Shown here: in pieces, positions 29,127-39,015 of the stretch
Position numbering within the stretch: the first letter of the stretch is position 1
Layout: every line of letters starts with the position of its first letter
Origin: an uncultured Erysipelotrichaceae bacterium
GTDB taxonomy: Bacteria > Bacillota_I > Bacilli_A > Erysipelotrichales > Erysipelotrichaceae
Assembly: GCA_949289855.1 (NCBI GenBank)
Contig: CASEPS010000003.1
Span: forward strand, 6,587 to 70,586
DNA length: 64,000 bases
Reading direction: 5' to 3'
The notes under the pieces: model-generated
Database searches by the model: none
Told to the model about the DNA's origin: nothing
The model's input: only the letters and a program-made list of their open reading frames with translations
Program-made: the position numbers and the translations under genes

Positions 29127-30818
29127 TTATTCAGCTAATGCTCTGATCATAGCATCCACTGCTTCATCAATGGATACTTCCTGCTTGTCACCAGTTCTTG
29201 CTTTGAGTTCAACTTTGCCTTCGCTGATACCTTTACCAACAGTAATGCGGTAAGGAATACCAATGAGGTCCATATCCTTGAATTTGACACCAGGACGCGC
29301 ATCTCTGTCATCGAGAAGAACATCAATGCCTTTTGCTTTAAGGTCATTGTAGAGTTTCTCAGCAATTTCTACCTGTTCTTCGCTCTTTGTGGAAATGATG
29401 ACAATAGCACACTGGAATGGCGCGAAGTCCTTTGGCCAGTTGATACCATTTTCATCCGCATTCTGTTCTGCCATAGCAGCCATTGCACGGGCAGGACCAA
29501 TGCCATAAGAACCCATCCAGACATACTGTAACTGGTTATTTGCGTCAAGGTACTTGAGATCAAGTGCCTTGGAATACTTTGTGCCGAGCTTGAATGTATT
29601 ACCGACTTCAATACCATGGGCGAAGTGAATTCTGCCACCACACTTCGGACAGATATCACCTTCCATAATATTTCTGAGGTCTGCATACGCTTCTACCTTG
29701 AAGTCCTTTGTATTGACATTTGTATAGTGGTAGTTTGTCTTGTTTGCGCCGACAATGAAGTTCTGCATGTATTGTACTTCTTCATCCGCATAGACAGGGC
29801 AGTCAATACCAATCGGACCAGCAAAACCCACTTCCGCATGGGTTACCTTCATAACTGTCCCTGCATCTGCCAATTCTACTTCATTTGCATTGAGCAGTTT
29901 TCTGAGCTTTGTCTCATTGACATCTCTGTCACCACGTACCATAACCGCAACAGGTTTACCATCTACGCTATAGACAAGTGTTTTGACAAACTTCTTTGCG
30001 TCTTTATGGAAGAAAGCAGCGACTTCTTCAATGGTTCTGCTTTCTGGTGTTTCCACCATTTCCTTTTCCAGCTCTTCTTCTTTGACAGATGGGATTTCCG
30101 GTTTGCATGCCGCAACTTCGATGTTGCTGGCAAAGTCACAGGAATCACAGAGTACAAGAATGTCTTCACCAAGCGGTGTTACAGCCTGGAATTCTTCGGA
30201 AAGAAGACCACCCATGACACCTGTATCAGCACGGACAATCTTGTAGTCAAGGTGCAGTCTGTCCATGATGTTCTTATAGGCATTGAACTGCTTCTGGTAA
30301 GCAACATCAAGACCTGCTTCATCCTTATCGAATGTATAGGCGTCCTTCATGGCAAATTCCCTGACACGGATCAGGCCATAGCGTGGACGTGGTTCATCGC
30401 GGAACTTTGTTTGGATCTGATAGAGGGAAAATGGCATGTCCTTGTAAGATCTGATCTGCATCTTTGCAGCAAGGGCAAAGAGTTCTTCATGGGTAGGACC
30501 AAGCACATATGGCATACCTTTGCGGTCTTTCAATGAGAACATGGATGCACCAAAACCCTCACGTCTTCCAGATGCGACATAAACATCTTCTGGAATCAGG
30601 GAAGGCATGAGCAGCTCCTGGCAGCCTGTCTTATCCATTTCATCACGGATGACCTCTTCAATTCTCTTTAATACTTTGAGACCCATTGGCAACATCATAT
30701 AGACACCACTGGAGCTCTTCTTGATAAAACCGCCTCTGACAAGGAGGTTTGAACTGACGGAATCTTCATCTTTTGCATCTTCACGCAGGGTGAAGAAATA
30801 ACTGTTGTTTAAACGCAT
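29127..30818 (-). CDS. proS: Proline--tRNA ligase (with editing insertion domain)
   Basis: LGPTHEE, KFRDEPRPRYGLIRVREFAMKDAY, GIEVGNTFKLG and SYGIG motifs. Confidence 0.98.
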   Translation of the reverse strand: MRLNNSYFFTLREDAKDEDSVSSNLLVRGGFIKKSSSGVYMMLPMGLKVLKRIEEVIRDEMDKTGCQELLMPSLIPEDVYVASGRREGFGASMFSLKDRKGMPYVLGPTHEELFALAAKMQIRSYKDMPFSLYQIQTKFRDEPRPRYGLIRVREFAMKDAYTFDKDEAGLDVAYQKQFNAYKNIMDRLHLDYKIVRADTGVMGGLLSEEFQAVTPLGEDILVLCDSCDFASNIEVAACKPEIPSVKEEELEKEMVETPESRTIEEVAAFFHKDAKKFVKTLVYSVDGKPVAVMVRGDRDVNETKLRKLLNANEVELADAGTVMKVTHAEVGFAGPIGIDCPVYADEEVQYMQNFIVGANKTNYHYTNVNTKDFKVEAYADLRNIMEGDICPKCGGRIHFAHGIEVGNTFKLGTKYSKALDLKYLDANNQLQYVWMGSYGIGPARAMAAMAEQNADENGINWPKDFAPFQCAIVIISTKSEEQVEIAEKLYNDLKAKGIDVLLDDRDARPGVKFKDMDLIGIPYRITVGKGISEGKVELKARTGDKQEVSIDEAVDAMIRALAE

Positions 30819-30920
30819 AATTTCTTTATTCTCCTGCCGGACATTATACCATGAACATCCCTTTACTTTAAGATTAAAAAATGTATAATAGTTACAATTT
30901 CAAAGAGGAGGAAAGAATAC

Positions 30921-32432
30921 ATGGCAACATATTACGATGGACCAAGCCATACGTTTAGTGAATATCTGCTTGTTCCGGGTCTTACAAAAAAGGAAAACAC
31001 ACCGGACAAGGTTAGTCTGAAAACACCGCTGGTCCGTTTCAAGAAGGGTGAAGAACCTGCAATTTCCCTGAACATCCCAATGGTCTCTGCTGTTATGCAG
31101 TCTGTTTCCGGAGACCGCCTTGGTGTAGCACTTGCCAAGGAAGGTGGTATGTCTTTTATCTTCCAGTCTCAGACGATTGCTTCACAGGCCCAGATGGTTG
31201 CCCGTGTAAAGAATTATAAAGCTGGTTTTGTTGTCAGTGATTCCAACATCAAACCAGACACAACACTGAATGAAATCCTTGCCCTTGTCGAAAAGACAGG
31301 ACATTCCACGATGCCGGTTACGGTTGATGGTACACCTGATGGCAAGCTTGTTGGTCTTGTGACAAGCCGTGATTACCGCGTATCCCGCATGACAGGTGAA
31401 GAAAAGGCAGAAAGCTTCATGACACCACGTGAAAAGCTTGTAACAGCACCTGTTACAGCTACACTATCTGAATGCAATGACATCATCTGGGAAAACAAGC
31501 TGAACACATTGCCAATTGTGGACAGTGAAGACCATCTCTGCTACCTGGTATTCCGTAAGGACTACTCTTCCCATAAGGAAAACCCACTTGAACTGCTCGA
31601 TGATGAAAAGAGATTCATGGTCGGTGCCGGTATCAACACAAGAGACTATCAGGAACGTGTTCCAGCACTTGTTAATGCTGGTGTAGACTGCCTTGTACTC
31701 GATTCTTCTGATGGTTACTCCGAGTGGCAGGCTGATGCCCTGGATTGGATCAAGGGCAAGTATGGCGATTCTGTCAAAGTTGGTGCTGGTAATGTCGTTG
31801 ATGCGGATGGCTTCAACTATCTTGCAAGCCATGGTGCTGACTTCATCAAGATTGGTATTGGTGGCGGTTCCATCTGTATTACCCGTGAAACAAAGGGTAT
31901 CGGCAGAGGCCAGGCAACATCTGTCATCGATGTCGCAAAGGCACGTGATGAATGGTTCGAAAAGACAGGTGAATACATTCCGATCTGCTCTGATGGTGGT
32001 ATCGTCTATGACTACCACATTGTCCTTGCCCTTGCGATGGGTGCTGACTTTGTTATGCTCGGCAGATACTTCTCCAGATTTGAAGAAGCACCTGGTGAAA
32101 AGCTCACTGTCAATGGTGCATTCGTCAAGGAATACTGGGGTGAAGGTTCCAACCGTGCTAAGAACTGGCAGAGATATGACCTTGGTGGTAAAGGAAAGCT
32201 CTCCTTTGAAGAAGGCGTAGACTCCTATGTACCATATGCTGGTTTCCTGCATGATAACGTACAGATGACAACAGCCAAGATTCGTTCCACGATGTGCAAC
32301 TGCGGTGCACTCACAATCAAGGAACTGCAGCAGAATGCAAGACTCACACTTGTGTCCGCAACTTCTATCGTAGAAGGTGGTGCACATGACGTCATTGTCA
32401 AAAACAATGACCAGTCTTACAAAGGCAACTGA
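30921..32432 (+). CDS. guaB: IMP dehydrogenase
   Basis: PMVSAVM, CBS pair, [20 protein letters not shown] (catalytic Cys), DGGI and KEYWGEGS motifs; TTTACT/TATAAT promoter upstream. Confidence 0.96.
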   Translation: MATYYDGPSHTFSEYLLVPGLTKKENTPDKVSLKTPLVRFKKGEEPAISLNIPMVSAVMQSVSGDRLGVALAKEGGMSFIFQSQTIASQAQMVARVKNYKAGFVVSDSNIKPDTTLNEILALVEKTGHSTMPVTVDGTPDGKLVGLVTSRDYRVSRMTGEEKAESFMTPREKLVTAPVTATLSECNDIIWENKLNTLPIVDSEDHLCYLVFRKDYSSHKENPLELLDDEKRFMVGAGINTRDYQERVPALVNAGVDCLVLDSSDGYSEWQADALDWIKGKYGDSVKVGAGNVVDADGFNYLASHGADFIKIGIGGGSICITRETKGIGRGQATSVIDVAKARDEWFEKTGEYIPICSDGGIVYDYHIVLALAMGADFVMLGRYFSRFEEAPGEKLTVNGAFVKEYWGEGSNRAKNWQRYDLGGKGKLSFEEGVDSYVPYAGFLHDNVQMTTAKIRSTMCNCGALTIKELQQNARLTLVSATSIVEGGAHDVIVKNNDQSYKGN

Positions 32433-32454
32433 TCAATAACACAATTGAGATTAT

Positions 32455-32487
32455 GAAAAGAGGCATTTCTTCGGAAGTGCCTCTTTC
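32455..32487. terminator. Bidirectional terminator between guaB and GNAT
   Basis: GAAAAGAGGCATTTC-TTCG-GAAGTGCCTCTTTC with a C(UUCG)G tetraloop. Confidence 0.85.
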
Positions 32488-32929
32488 AATTTGTCTTATG
32501 CCATACCATCACATAATCTGCTTCATTAGTCTCTTCATCTGTTCCAGATGCCTGGATAGTAAATCCGGCATGCTTGTAAAAGCTAATTGCCTTTGTATTT
32601 TTTGCATAGACATAAAGGGTGAGCGAATCTTTGTGCGCTTTCAGGTAATCTAATAATTGTGTACCAATACCTTTTGATTGCATGTCTGATGAAACAAAAA
32701 TACCTTCGATAGAATTGCCATACAACCCGGCAAAACCAGCAACTGTTTCCTTGTTTATAGCGACATAGACTTCCGCTTGTGATAGTGCTTCCTTTACGTA
32801 TGGAACATGGCTTTGCCAATAGTCTTCAGGTATGAAATGATGTGCTTTGCAGTTTTCCTGCAGCCAGATGGCAGTGACCGCATCTATTTCATCAGTTTTC
32901 ATCTTTCTGATGCTTATGCCTTTATTCAT
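32486..32929 (-). CDS. GNAT family N-acetyltransferase
   Basis: AHHFIPEDYW, MQSKGIGTQLL (motif A), KNTKAISFYKHAGF. Confidence 0.88.
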   Translation of the reverse strand: MNKGISIRKMKTDEIDAVTAIWLQENCKAHHFIPEDYWQSHVPYVKEALSQAEVYVAINKETVAGFAGLYGNSIEGIFVSSDMQSKGIGTQLLDYLKAHKDSLTLYVYAKNTKAISFYKHAGFTIQASGTDEETNEADYVMVWHKTN

Positions 32930-33515
32930 TGCGGATGGTACCTACTTTGACATAGTGTTCAAGTCTTTCCTTTGTATATTTGAACAGTTCTTCAGAACCC
33001 TTCTTTGTCTGTATCTGCCTTGCCATAACAGAAGAGATGGCAACATCATGTTCTTTCCAATCTCCGCCATTGTTGGCATCATTCAACATCAGTGGCTGCA
33101 GGTTTTCCATGGCATGGGCAAACTTTGCCTCGGGTGTTTCAAAAGCTTCAAATTCTTCAAAGATAGCACGTAACTCTTTTGTCTGATCTTCTGGCAACAG
33201 GGCAAAGATGCGGTCAGCTGCCTTCTGCTCTCTTTCCTTTTGGGATTTCTTTGCTTCTTCATCATAGGCATATGTATCACCGGCATCAATTTCGACAATG
33301 TCATGGATGAGACACATGATCATGACCCTTGCAATATCAATTTGTTCATTGCTGTACTCTTTGAGAAGATAGGCCATGATGGCCATATGCCAGGCATGTT
33401 CCGCATCATTTTCATTTCTTCCATGATTGGATAAATGTGTCTGGCGGAAGATGTTTTTCTCCTTATCAATTTCAAGGGCAAACGCCATCTGCTGTGCGAA
33501 TCTCTTCTTGTCCAT
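32922..33515 (-). CDS. HD domain metal-dependent phosphohydrolase (YfbR-like HD_3)
   Basis: ENDAEHAWH, LIHDIVEIDAGD and TPEAKFAHAME motifs; start reassigned to MDKKRF after GGAAGGA. Confidence 0.85.
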   Translation of the reverse strand: MDKKRFAQQMAFALEIDKEKNIFRQTHLSNHGRNENDAEHAWHMAIMAYLLKEYSNEQIDIARVMIMCLIHDIVEIDAGDTYAYDEEAKKSQKEREQKAADRIFALLPEDQTKELRAIFEEFEAFETPEAKFAHAMENLQPLMLNDANNGGDWKEHDVAISSVMARQIQTKKGSEELFKYTKERLEHYVKVGTIRNE

Positions 33516-33516
33516 A

Positions 33517-34080
33517 TCAGTATTTCCTTCCTGTTTTAAGTTCCTTTTTGAATTGTCTGAATGCTTCCTGTTCACCAACATCTGTAATGAGCTGTAACAT
33601 CTTTTCCATTTCTTTGGCGGTCTCTGGATGCATGTACTTCCTATCAGGCCGCGTATTAAAATAGTTCAATGCACTCTGTTTTGTGTACTTGTCTTTTTCA
33701 TAGGTCATACATGCCGCTACCCTGTCACAGATACTTTCCACAAGGTATTTGTATGGCATGCGCTGTGGTCCAAAGACACCGTTGATCGTGTCATACCAGT
33801 ATTCCCAATGATGTCTGTTACGGCCTTTGTGATGCAGCCAGCCAAGGGAATAGCCCTTGAGTTCCTTTTCCTTCATATAAGGGGAACGATACCCCTGAAA
33901 GTACTTCACACTGACTAGAAATTCAGAAGGGGAGTACTTGGAAAGGTCATGGATCAATCCCTGGTAGTACAGTCCACAGTCAAAGCAGTTCTTCATGACC
34001 ACAAAGCGGTGGTGGTTGACAGTGGAAAGATGTCTGCAGAATCGTTTTATCCAGGATAATGTCTGTTCTTTGTCTTTCAT
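33517..34080 (-). CDS. DUF5662-like His-rich (HD-type) protein
   Basis: HDLSKYSPSEF, GWLHHKGRNRHHWEYW and ESICDRVAA motifs. Confidence 0.75.
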   Translation of the reverse strand: MKDKEQTLSWIKRFCRHLSTVNHHRFVVMKNCFDCGLYYQGLIHDLSKYSPSEFLVSVKYFQGYRSPYMKEKELKGYSLGWLHHKGRNRHHWEYWYDTINGVFGPQRMPYKYLVESICDRVAACMTYEKDKYTKQSALNYFNTRPDRKYMHPETAKEMEKMLQLITDVGEQEAFRQFKKELKTGRKY

Positions 34081-34313
34081 CTATGCAATTTTAGTGCATT
34101 ATGAACATTCCATCAAGAAATGCATGTTGTCTCGTATAGCTCAATTATGTGATCTGTGACACATATTTGCAGCAGCTGCAGTACTATGCATAGTTGTTTT
34201 TTGTACTATGCAGAAATGTATTTGATGAAAATGAAATTCAGTGCTTTCAAACATGCAGTAAATGTGTAAAATATCTTATTGCATGCTAAAATATGGAACA
34301 GGAGATTATTAAG

Positions 34314-34691
34314 ATGAATCGACATGAAGAACGGAAAAATGCCATGATCACGGTATACCAGTATCTGCTTGCCGAAAGAGATATTGATGAACTGATTGTG
34401 AATACGTATGAAAGGGAAGTGGATCAGGTAGATCCGTATTTTGTAAAGGTGATTAAAACAGCGATTGCCAACAAAGATACATATGCTGCCTGGATCGATG
34501 AAGTGCTGACAGACTGGAAGTTTGAAAGACTTGGTATGATAGAAAAGGCAATTCTGCTCAATGGTTGTGCAGAGTTTGCCCTTAAAGAGATCAGTGCAGC
34601 CATCATCATTGATGAATCGGTAGAACTTGCCAAGGAATATTGTGATGATGAAGCCTATAAACTGATCAACAGGGTTCTCGACATCATATGA
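34314..34691 (+). CDS. nusB: Transcription antitermination factor NusB
   Basis: RHEERKNAM, WKFERLGMIEKAIL, IIIDESVELAKEY and INRVLD motifs; ATG 34314 after AGGAG. Confidence 0.93.
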   Translation: MNRHEERKNAMITVYQYLLAERDIDELIVNTYEREVDQVDPYFVKVIKTAIANKDTYAAWIDEVLTDWKFERLGMIEKAILLNGCAEFALKEISAAIIIDESVELAKEYCDDEAYKLINRVLDII

Positions 34692-36103
34692 GCGAAAAGC
34701 GCGTCGTCAGTGTTTCAAGACTTGTCCGCTATCTCAAAGGACAGCTTGAAGGCAATGCAGTTCTGCACAGCCTTTATGTAGAAGGAGAAATTTCCAACCT
34801 GCGCAGACCATACAGTGGTCACTGGTACTTTTCTTTGAAAGATGAACAGTCCAGTCTTCCCTGTGTCATGTTCGCCAGTTCTGCAAGGAATGTGAAATTC
34901 CCGGTGAACAATGGTGACAAGGTGATTGTGCGCGGGGATATTGCGGTATATATGCCAGAAGGCAGAATGCAGCTGATTGTACAAGCCATGCAGCCAGGTG
35001 GTACTGGTGCCTTGTACTTACAGCTTGAAGCATTGAAAAAGAAACTGTTTGCGGAAGGCCTGTTTGATGAAGCACATAAGAAACCTCTGCCTGCATTCCC
35101 GATGCATATTGGTCTTGTGACCGGCAACAATACTGCCGCAAGATCGGATGTATTGATTACGTTAAAGAAACGCTGGCCTGTTGCTGAAATTCATGAATAC
35201 CCCTGTCCTGTACAAGGAGAAGGGGCAGCAGTGAAAATTGTAGAAGCGCTGCATAAGGCGGACGAAGGCAATCATGATGTGATTTTGCTGGTGCGTGGTG
35301 GTGGCAGTCTTGAGGACTTATGGTGTTTCAATGATGAAATGCTTGCCCGTACGGTATATGCAATGCATACACCAGTTGTGACAGGTGTTGGTCATGAAAC
35401 AGACACAACGCTTGTTGACTATGTCAGTGACCATCGTGCCAATACGCCAACTGGTGCAGTAGAAGCTGCCGTACCGGATATTCATGAGGTTAGAAAGCAT
35501 ATCAAAGACCTTGGGGTACGGATGACAAATGCGCTTGGTACAACCCTTCAGCATAAGCGGATGCAGCTGGACAGGCTTTCGAATAGTCCGGTATTCAGAA
35601 GTCCGGATATACTTTATCGGGACAAGGTGATGCGCCTTGATATTCTCAGGGAAAAGCTTGTACATTCGACTTCTGCTGCACAAAGAAAGAAGCTTTTGTT
35701 AAATGGTTTGCGCAACCGTCTTGTTACAATGGCAATGCGTGAATGCCATGTCTTGCAGGCCAAGACAAATGAACATAAGGCTGCCCTTATGCAATACAGC
35801 AGCCAGTCCATTACAAAGGCAAAGAACAGGCTTGACATCGATGCGGAAGCATTACACCGGAATATTGGCTATGTGCTGGAGACAAAGCGGCAGATGCTGG
35901 AAAAGGAAATGCGTTTACTCGATGCCTATTCTCCTTTGAAGGTGTTGGATCGCGGTTACAGCATTGTGACAAAAGATGATAAAGCGGTTATTGATGCGGT
36001 TACATTAAAGAAAAATGATCTTGTGACATTGCGATTTGCCAAAGGCAGTGCACAGGCAAAGATAGAAAAGACGATAGAGGAGGCAGAACATGCAGAAGGC
36101 TGA
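34688..36103 (+). CDS. xseA: Exodeoxyribonuclease VII large subunit
   Basis: VEGEISN, SGHWYFSLKD, RGGGSLEDLWCFN, GVGHETD and ANTPTGA motifs. Confidence 0.96.
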   Translation: MSEKRVVSVSRLVRYLKGQLEGNAVLHSLYVEGEISNLRRPYSGHWYFSLKDEQSSLPCVMFASSARNVKFPVNNGDKVIVRGDIAVYMPEGRMQLIVQAMQPGGTGALYLQLEALKKKLFAEGLFDEAHKKPLPAFPMHIGLVTGNNTAARSDVLITLKKRWPVAEIHEYPCPVQGEGAAVKIVEALHKADEGNHDVILLVRGGGSLEDLWCFNDEMLARTVYAMHTPVVTGVGHETDTTLVDYVSDHRANTPTGAVEAAVPDIHEVRKHIKDLGVRMTNALGTTLQHKRMQLDRLSNSPVFRSPDILYRDKVMRLDILREKLVHSTSAAQRKKLLLNGLRNRLVTMAMRECHVLQAKTNEHKAALMQYSSQSITKAKNRLDIDAEALHRNIGYVLETKRQMLEKEMRLLDAYSPLKVLDRGYSIVTKDDKAVIDAVTLKKNDLVTLRFAKGSAQAKIEKTIEEAEHAEG

Positions 36104-36302
36104 GAAGAAAACATTTGAAGAATCCATGCAGAGACTGGAAGAGATTGTTTCACTGCTTGAAACAAATGAACAGTCTCTTGATGAAACAGTGAAGCTTTTT
36201 GAAGAGGGTCTTACCCTTGTAAAGGATTGCGATGCCTCCCTGAAGAATTTTGAAAACAAGGTCAATGAACTGACTGAGAATGATGGGGGTGAACAGGCAT
36301 GA
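36090..36302 (+). CDS. xseB: Exodeoxyribonuclease VII small subunit
   Basis: TFEESMQRLEEIV...LDETVKLFEEG. Confidence 0.94.
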   Translation: MQKAEKKTFEESMQRLEEIVSLLETNEQSLDETVKLFEEGLTLVKDCDASLKNFENKVNELTENDGGEQA

Positions 36303-37138
36303 GAGTAGAAGACAGGCTTGTTGAAATGATGAATCATGTGGCTGACAGCCGTGTCAAAGAAGCGATGATATATTCTTTGATGGCTGGTGGCAAGCGCATT
36401 CGTCCAAATATGCTCTATGCAGCAGCGCATGGCTATGGGCTGCAGGATGAAGATGTGGATGCTTTTGCCTGTGCATTAGAGATGATTCATACATATTCTC
36501 TGATTCATGATGACTTACCGGCTATGGACAATGATGACCTTCGCCGTGGCAAGCCAACCTGCCATAAGCAGTTTGATGAAGCAACAGCAATTCTTGCCGG
36601 AGATGGTCTTTTGACATATGCATTTGAAACAGCCGCAACATGCAAAGCGGAACCAGCACGTGTGGTAAAGGCAATTGGTGTGCTTGCCAATATGGCAGGT
36701 CCTTCTGGTATGGTACTTGGACAGTGTCTCGATACAGAAGAAGGGGAAACTTCTGTAGACTGGGATGCTTTGATGAACATCCATGCCCATAAAACAGGTT
36801 GTCTGTTGTCTGCTGCATTGATGATTCCTGCTGTACTTGCTGGATGTGATGATAGCGTTGTAGAACAGTGGCATACGATTGGGGATATGATCGGGCTGGC
36901 TTTTCAGATTCAGGATGACATTCTGGATGTCACATTGACAGCTGAGGAGTTTGGCAAGAGTAACAGTGATGCGCGTAATGAAAAGGTGACAAGTGTTACA
37001 TTGCTTGGCCTTGCAGAGGCTGAAAAGAAAATGCATGAGCTTTATGCAGAAAGTGCAAAGAGGATAGAAGCGTTCAAGGGGTTTAAGGCTGAAGAGCTGC
37101 GTGAGCTGATTGAAGAAACAGCAGTGCGCAATAAGTAG
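36299..37138 (+). CDS. ispA: Geranyltranstransferase / farnesyl diphosphate synthase
   Basis: GGKRIRP, LIHDDLPAMDNDDLRRGKPT and FQIQDDILD motifs. Confidence 0.95.
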   Translation: MRVEDRLVEMMNHVADSRVKEAMIYSLMAGGKRIRPNMLYAAAHGYGLQDEDVDAFACALEMIHTYSLIHDDLPAMDNDDLRRGKPTCHKQFDEATAILAGDGLLTYAFETAATCKAEPARVVKAIGVLANMAGPSGMVLGQCLDTEEGETSVDWDALMNIHAHKTGCLLSAALMIPAVLAGCDDSVVEQWHTIGDMIGLAFQIQDDILDVTLTAEEFGKSNSDARNEKVTSVTLLGLAEAEKKMHELYAESAKRIEAFKGFKAEELRELIEETAVRNK

Positions 37139-37155
37139 GAGAGGGTGTATCTGTT

Positions 37156-39015
37156 ATGAATCTCTATGATATCCTTGGACCGCAGGACATCAAACATATG
37201 AACATCCGTGAGCTCAATGAGCTCGCTGGTGATATCCGCCGTTTTCTGATCCATTCGATCAGTGAAACTGGTGGACATCTTGCCAGCAATCTCGGTGTTG
37301 TTGAACTGACGATAGCCCTGCATTATGTGTTTGATTCACCACATGACAAAATATTCTTTGATGTTGGACACCAGTGCTATACCCATAAAATTCTGACTGG
37401 GCGGGCATCTTCCTTTGGAACATTGCGCCGTTACCATGGTCTCAGCGGCTTTGAAAAGCGTTCTGAAAGTGAACATGATGTATGGGAAGCAGGACATAGT
37501 TCGACATCTCTTTCAGCTGCCCTTGGTATGGCTGTGGCACGTGATCTCAATCATGAAAACTATGCGGTTGTGCCAGTGATTGGTGATGGTGCTCTTGGCA
37601 GTGGCATGGCGCTTGAAGCGTTAAATGAAATTGGTGAAGAAAAACGAAAGATGGTCATTGTGTTCAATGACAACAATATGTCTATTTCCAAAAATGTTGG
37701 TGCCATGGCAAAGAGTTTTGCCAATCTTCGTGCATCCAATGGATATAACAGATTCAAGGAAGGCCTGAAGGAAAACCTCAGCCATAATGACCTTGGCCGT
37801 TCGATTTATTCAGGTCTGATGTCATTCAAACAGGGTATCAAGGAAACCATTCTCGATGCCGGTATTTTTGGTGAATTCAACCTGGAATATATGGGACCGG
37901 TAGATGGACATAACATTGCGGACCTCATTCAGGTATTGCGTGTTGCAGAGAAACATGATGGACCTGTTGTTGTACATGTCATCACCCGTAAGGGTAAAGG
38001 TTACCGGTATTGTGAAAATGACCGGGAAGGCAGATGGCATGGTGTTGGACCATTTAACATTGATACAGGCAAGCCATTGCATGGTGTGCCGGAAGGCTAT
38101 GTCAAATGGGCGGATCTTTTCTCCAATACCGTATCTGATTTTGCGGATACAAACAAAGATATCATCGCCCTTACCCCGGCGATGATCCAGGGCAGTGGCT
38201 TGCAGAACTTTTTTGCAAAACACCCTGACCGTTCCTTTGATTGTGGTATTACAGAAGAGCACAGCATGACATTTGCGGCAGGTCTTGCCATTTCTGGCAA
38301 GCGTCCATACATTCCTGTCTACAGTTCTTTCCTGCAGAGGGCTTATGACCAGATCAACCATGATGTCTGCCGCATGGATTTGCCGGTAGTGATCGGTATT
38401 GACCATGCCGGACTTGTCGGGGATGATGGAGAAACCCACCATGGTATCTTTGATATTGGTCTTTTAAGACCAATTCCTAACCTCATCCTTGCCCAGCCAC
38501 GCAATGGTGATGAGGCACGCAATCTTCTCTATACCGCCTTCCATCAGAAACATCCATTCGCAATCCGCTATCCAAAGGGTGTTGTAAGAAAACCAGCAGA
38601 AGAGAATATCCAGGAAATTGCAATTGGTTCCTGGGAAATGCTTTCTGTAACAGATCATGATAAGGCGTATCTTCTTGCATATGGACCAGCGGTCAATACG
38701 ATTTATGAAAAGCTCAAAGGCAATGAGATTCCGGTAACGGTGATTAACTGCCGTTTCTTCAAGCCGATGGATGAAGAGATGTTAAGGGAAATTGCTGAAA
38801 GTGAAAAACCAGTGCTCGTTTATGAGTCTGATATGTTAAGTGGAGGATTAGCTGAAGCAATTCTTGGCTGGTTGTGCGATAATGGACTTACTATGAAACT
38901 GCACAGGATGGGAATTGGTGATCATTATGTGCAGCAGGGGGCTGAGACGCGGTTGCGTAAGGAAATGCATATTGATCTCAATTCCATCATAGATGAATTG
39001 AACAAGATTATATGA
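37156..39015 (+). CDS. dxs: 1-deoxy-D-xylulose-5-phosphate synthase
   Basis: GGHLASNLGVVELT, DVGHQCYTHK, GHSSTS, IGDGA...NDN and CGITEEH motifs. Confidence 0.96.
   Translation: MNLYDILGPQDIKHMNIRELNELAGDIRRFLIHSISETGGHLASNLGVVELTIALHYVFDSPHDKIFFDVGHQCYTHKILTGRASSFGTLRRYHGLSGFEKRSESEHDVWEAGHSSTSLSAALGMAVARDLNHENYAVVPVIGDGALGSGMALEALNEIGEEKRKMVIVFNDNNMSISKNVGAMAKSFANLRASNGYNRFKEGLKENLSHNDLGRSIYSGLMSFKQGIKETILDAGIFGEFNLEYMGPVDGHNIADLIQVLRVAEKHDGPVVVHVITRKGKGYRYCENDREGRWHGVGPFNIDTGKPLHGVPEGYVKWADLFSNTVSDFADTNKDIIALTPAMIQGSGLQNFFAKHPDRSFDCGITEEHSMTFAAGLAISGKRPYIPVYSSFLQRAYDQINHDVCRMDLPVVIGIDHAGLVGDDGETHHGIFDIGLLRPIPNLILAQPRNGDEARNLLYTAFHQKHPFAIRYPKGVVRKPAEENIQEIAIGSWEMLSVTDHDKAYLLAYGPAVNTIYEKLKGNEIPVTVINCRFFKPMDEEMLREIAESEKPVLVYESDMLSGGLAEAILGWLCDNGLTMKLHRMGIGDHYVQQGAETRLRKEMHIDLNSIIDELNKII

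Noticed and set aside
30819-30920. Purine riboswitch before guaB or T-box before proS
   Set aside because: The 100-bp gap is filled by two divergent sigma-A promoters and lacks the consensus motifs.
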